Positions 62,528 to 64,000 of a stretch of DNA of 64,000 bases are shown here, piece after piece; position 1 is the stretch's first letter; each line of letters starts with the position of its first letter. Source of the stretch: Octopus sinensis (Eukaryota); assembly GCF_006345805.1 (NCBI RefSeq), contig NC_043016.1:19716001-19780000 (forward strand). Reading direction: 5' to 3'. The translations under genes and the position numbers were made by a program. Below the pieces are notes generated by a model. The model did not search any database. It was not told where the DNA came from and saw only the letters and a list, made by a program, of their open reading frames with translations.

Positions 62528-63645
62528 ATAACAAACAAAACTTGCAGAGATTCTATTTGTATAGAGAAAATGTGCAAAAGGTAAATTATTTCAAGTGAAG
62601 ATGAAAGTTATTTACAGAAACATGTTATGATATGTAGACATATTGACATAATTCTGTATGGAGGGAGAGTGGGCATACGAACCAATTTTTATTGTACTAG
62701 TAGGATATATAATCAAATGAAAGGTGGGTTGCTGATGATATTGTTGCCAGCCTTGATTGATCAGTCCTATGATCAAAGGCATTTCAGCCATGACCATCCC
62801 ATCTTTTATACATCTGTGATTAGAATGACGAATTTGACCTTCCTTTTTTTTAATCATTTTTTTTTAGCCAACATGGTGTGATTTCAGAGGAATTTGGCTG
62901 CTATTTCTAGCAAATTAATTATTATATATCATAGAAATACACTATTTATTGGGTCAGCAGAATTGTTAGAGCATCTGGCAGAATGTCTGTCATCCTTCTG
63001 AGGTTGGTAAAATAGAGAACTAATCAAGTACAGGAGTTACTCTAATTAACCCACTCCACCTTTAAAATTTCTGGCCTTGAGCATATGTTAGAAATTTTTC
63101 TCTTAATACTTTTTGCTTCAAAATCAAATCCTGTTAGTCTACTTTGTCTTTGACCCTTCTGGAAACTGTCTATTTTAGCAAGGTACACTTCTCTTCAAAA
63201 TTGTGTGGTTTTGTGCCAAATTTGGAAATCATCTCATTACATGTTTTGTGGGGTTGTTTTTCTCCTGTCAATCAATTTTGTGGGTCTTCCATCCTTATTT
63301 GTTAACTTGTAGCCATGAAAGAATCTATTATTCAAGCTGGCAGAATCATTATAGCGCCAGAAAAAAAAAAGAAAAAAAAAAGCCTTGCAGTTTTTGTTCG
63401 GTCATGAGATCAAATCTCACTGAAGTCAGTTTTGCCTATCATTCCTCCTGGATGAATAAAATATGGTATGTTTCAGTCTAGTACTGGAAGCAATTGTATT
63501 AACTAACCTCCCCATTTCTAAATTCCTGGCTTAGAAACAATCATGATGATGATGGTGATGTAAAAGGAAAAATATTTAAGCTTAGAATTAAAACATTGAA
63601 GAAAAATTTTTATTTTATTTATTTTATTCTCAATCCCATAGTTAA

Positions 63646-63682
<37 letters not shown>

Positions 63683-63709
63683 CAAAATGAAAATGATGTG
63701 TCTCTTATT

Positions 63710-63936
63710 TCTTTATTGCCCACAAGAGACTAAACACAGAGGGGACAAACAAGGAAAGACAAAGGGATTAAGCGATTGCATCAACTCCAGTGCGTAACTG
63801 GTATTTAATTTATTGACCCCAAAAGGATGAAAGGCAAAGTCGACCTCAGTGGAATTTGAACTCGGAACGTTATGGCAGACGAACTACTGCTAAGCATTTC
63901 GCCTGGCATGCTAACATTTCTGCCAGCTCGCCGCCT
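63710..63936 (-). mobile_element. SINE family B
   Basis: Family match. Confidence 0.9.
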
Positions 63937-64000
63937 TAGTCTTCTACTATGGCTTCAGGCTGACCAAAGCGTTGTGAATGGAAGTATTGGGGTCATTTTG

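Overview
AT-rich, microsatellite-dense eukaryotic DNA. The SINE, LINE and DNA-transposon families look like those of an Octopus (coleoid cephalopod) genome; this is an inference from family recognition, not a database result. Most of the window is intronic repeat. It holds five tRNA-type or RTE-tail SINE families (labelled A-E here), one 5'-truncated but well-preserved CR1-type LINE (about 10.7-13.5 kb), decayed RTE and Penelope-like relics, three Tc1/mariner DD37D-type relics, several MITEs and hundreds of simple repeats. Nearly all ORFs in the supplied track are microsatellite or repeat artefacts. Two spliced host genes appear on opposite strands. The + gene has well-supported exons at 16956-17305 and 24512-24635 that join in frame and encode a disordered, signalling-adaptor-like segment (YQNV, PPALPPR, KVVTW motifs). 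The - gene has phase-consistent small exons at 48728-48673, 46157-46059, 32540-32486 and 28015-27941. The two genes either end tail-to-tail with overlapping 3' UTRs near 25.15-25.49 kb or, less likely, interleave over tens of kb. I cannot identify either protein. Other points of interest are two minimal hammerhead-ribozyme-like motifs, a long inverted repeat, inverted SINE pairs around an exon (candidate ADAR or circRNA substrates), SINE head/tail module swapping, a nested LINE+SINE insertion inside a SINE, and a 2.2 kb duplication around a 100-N gap that is probably an assembly artefact. No CRISPR array, rRNA or genuine tRNA gene is supported.
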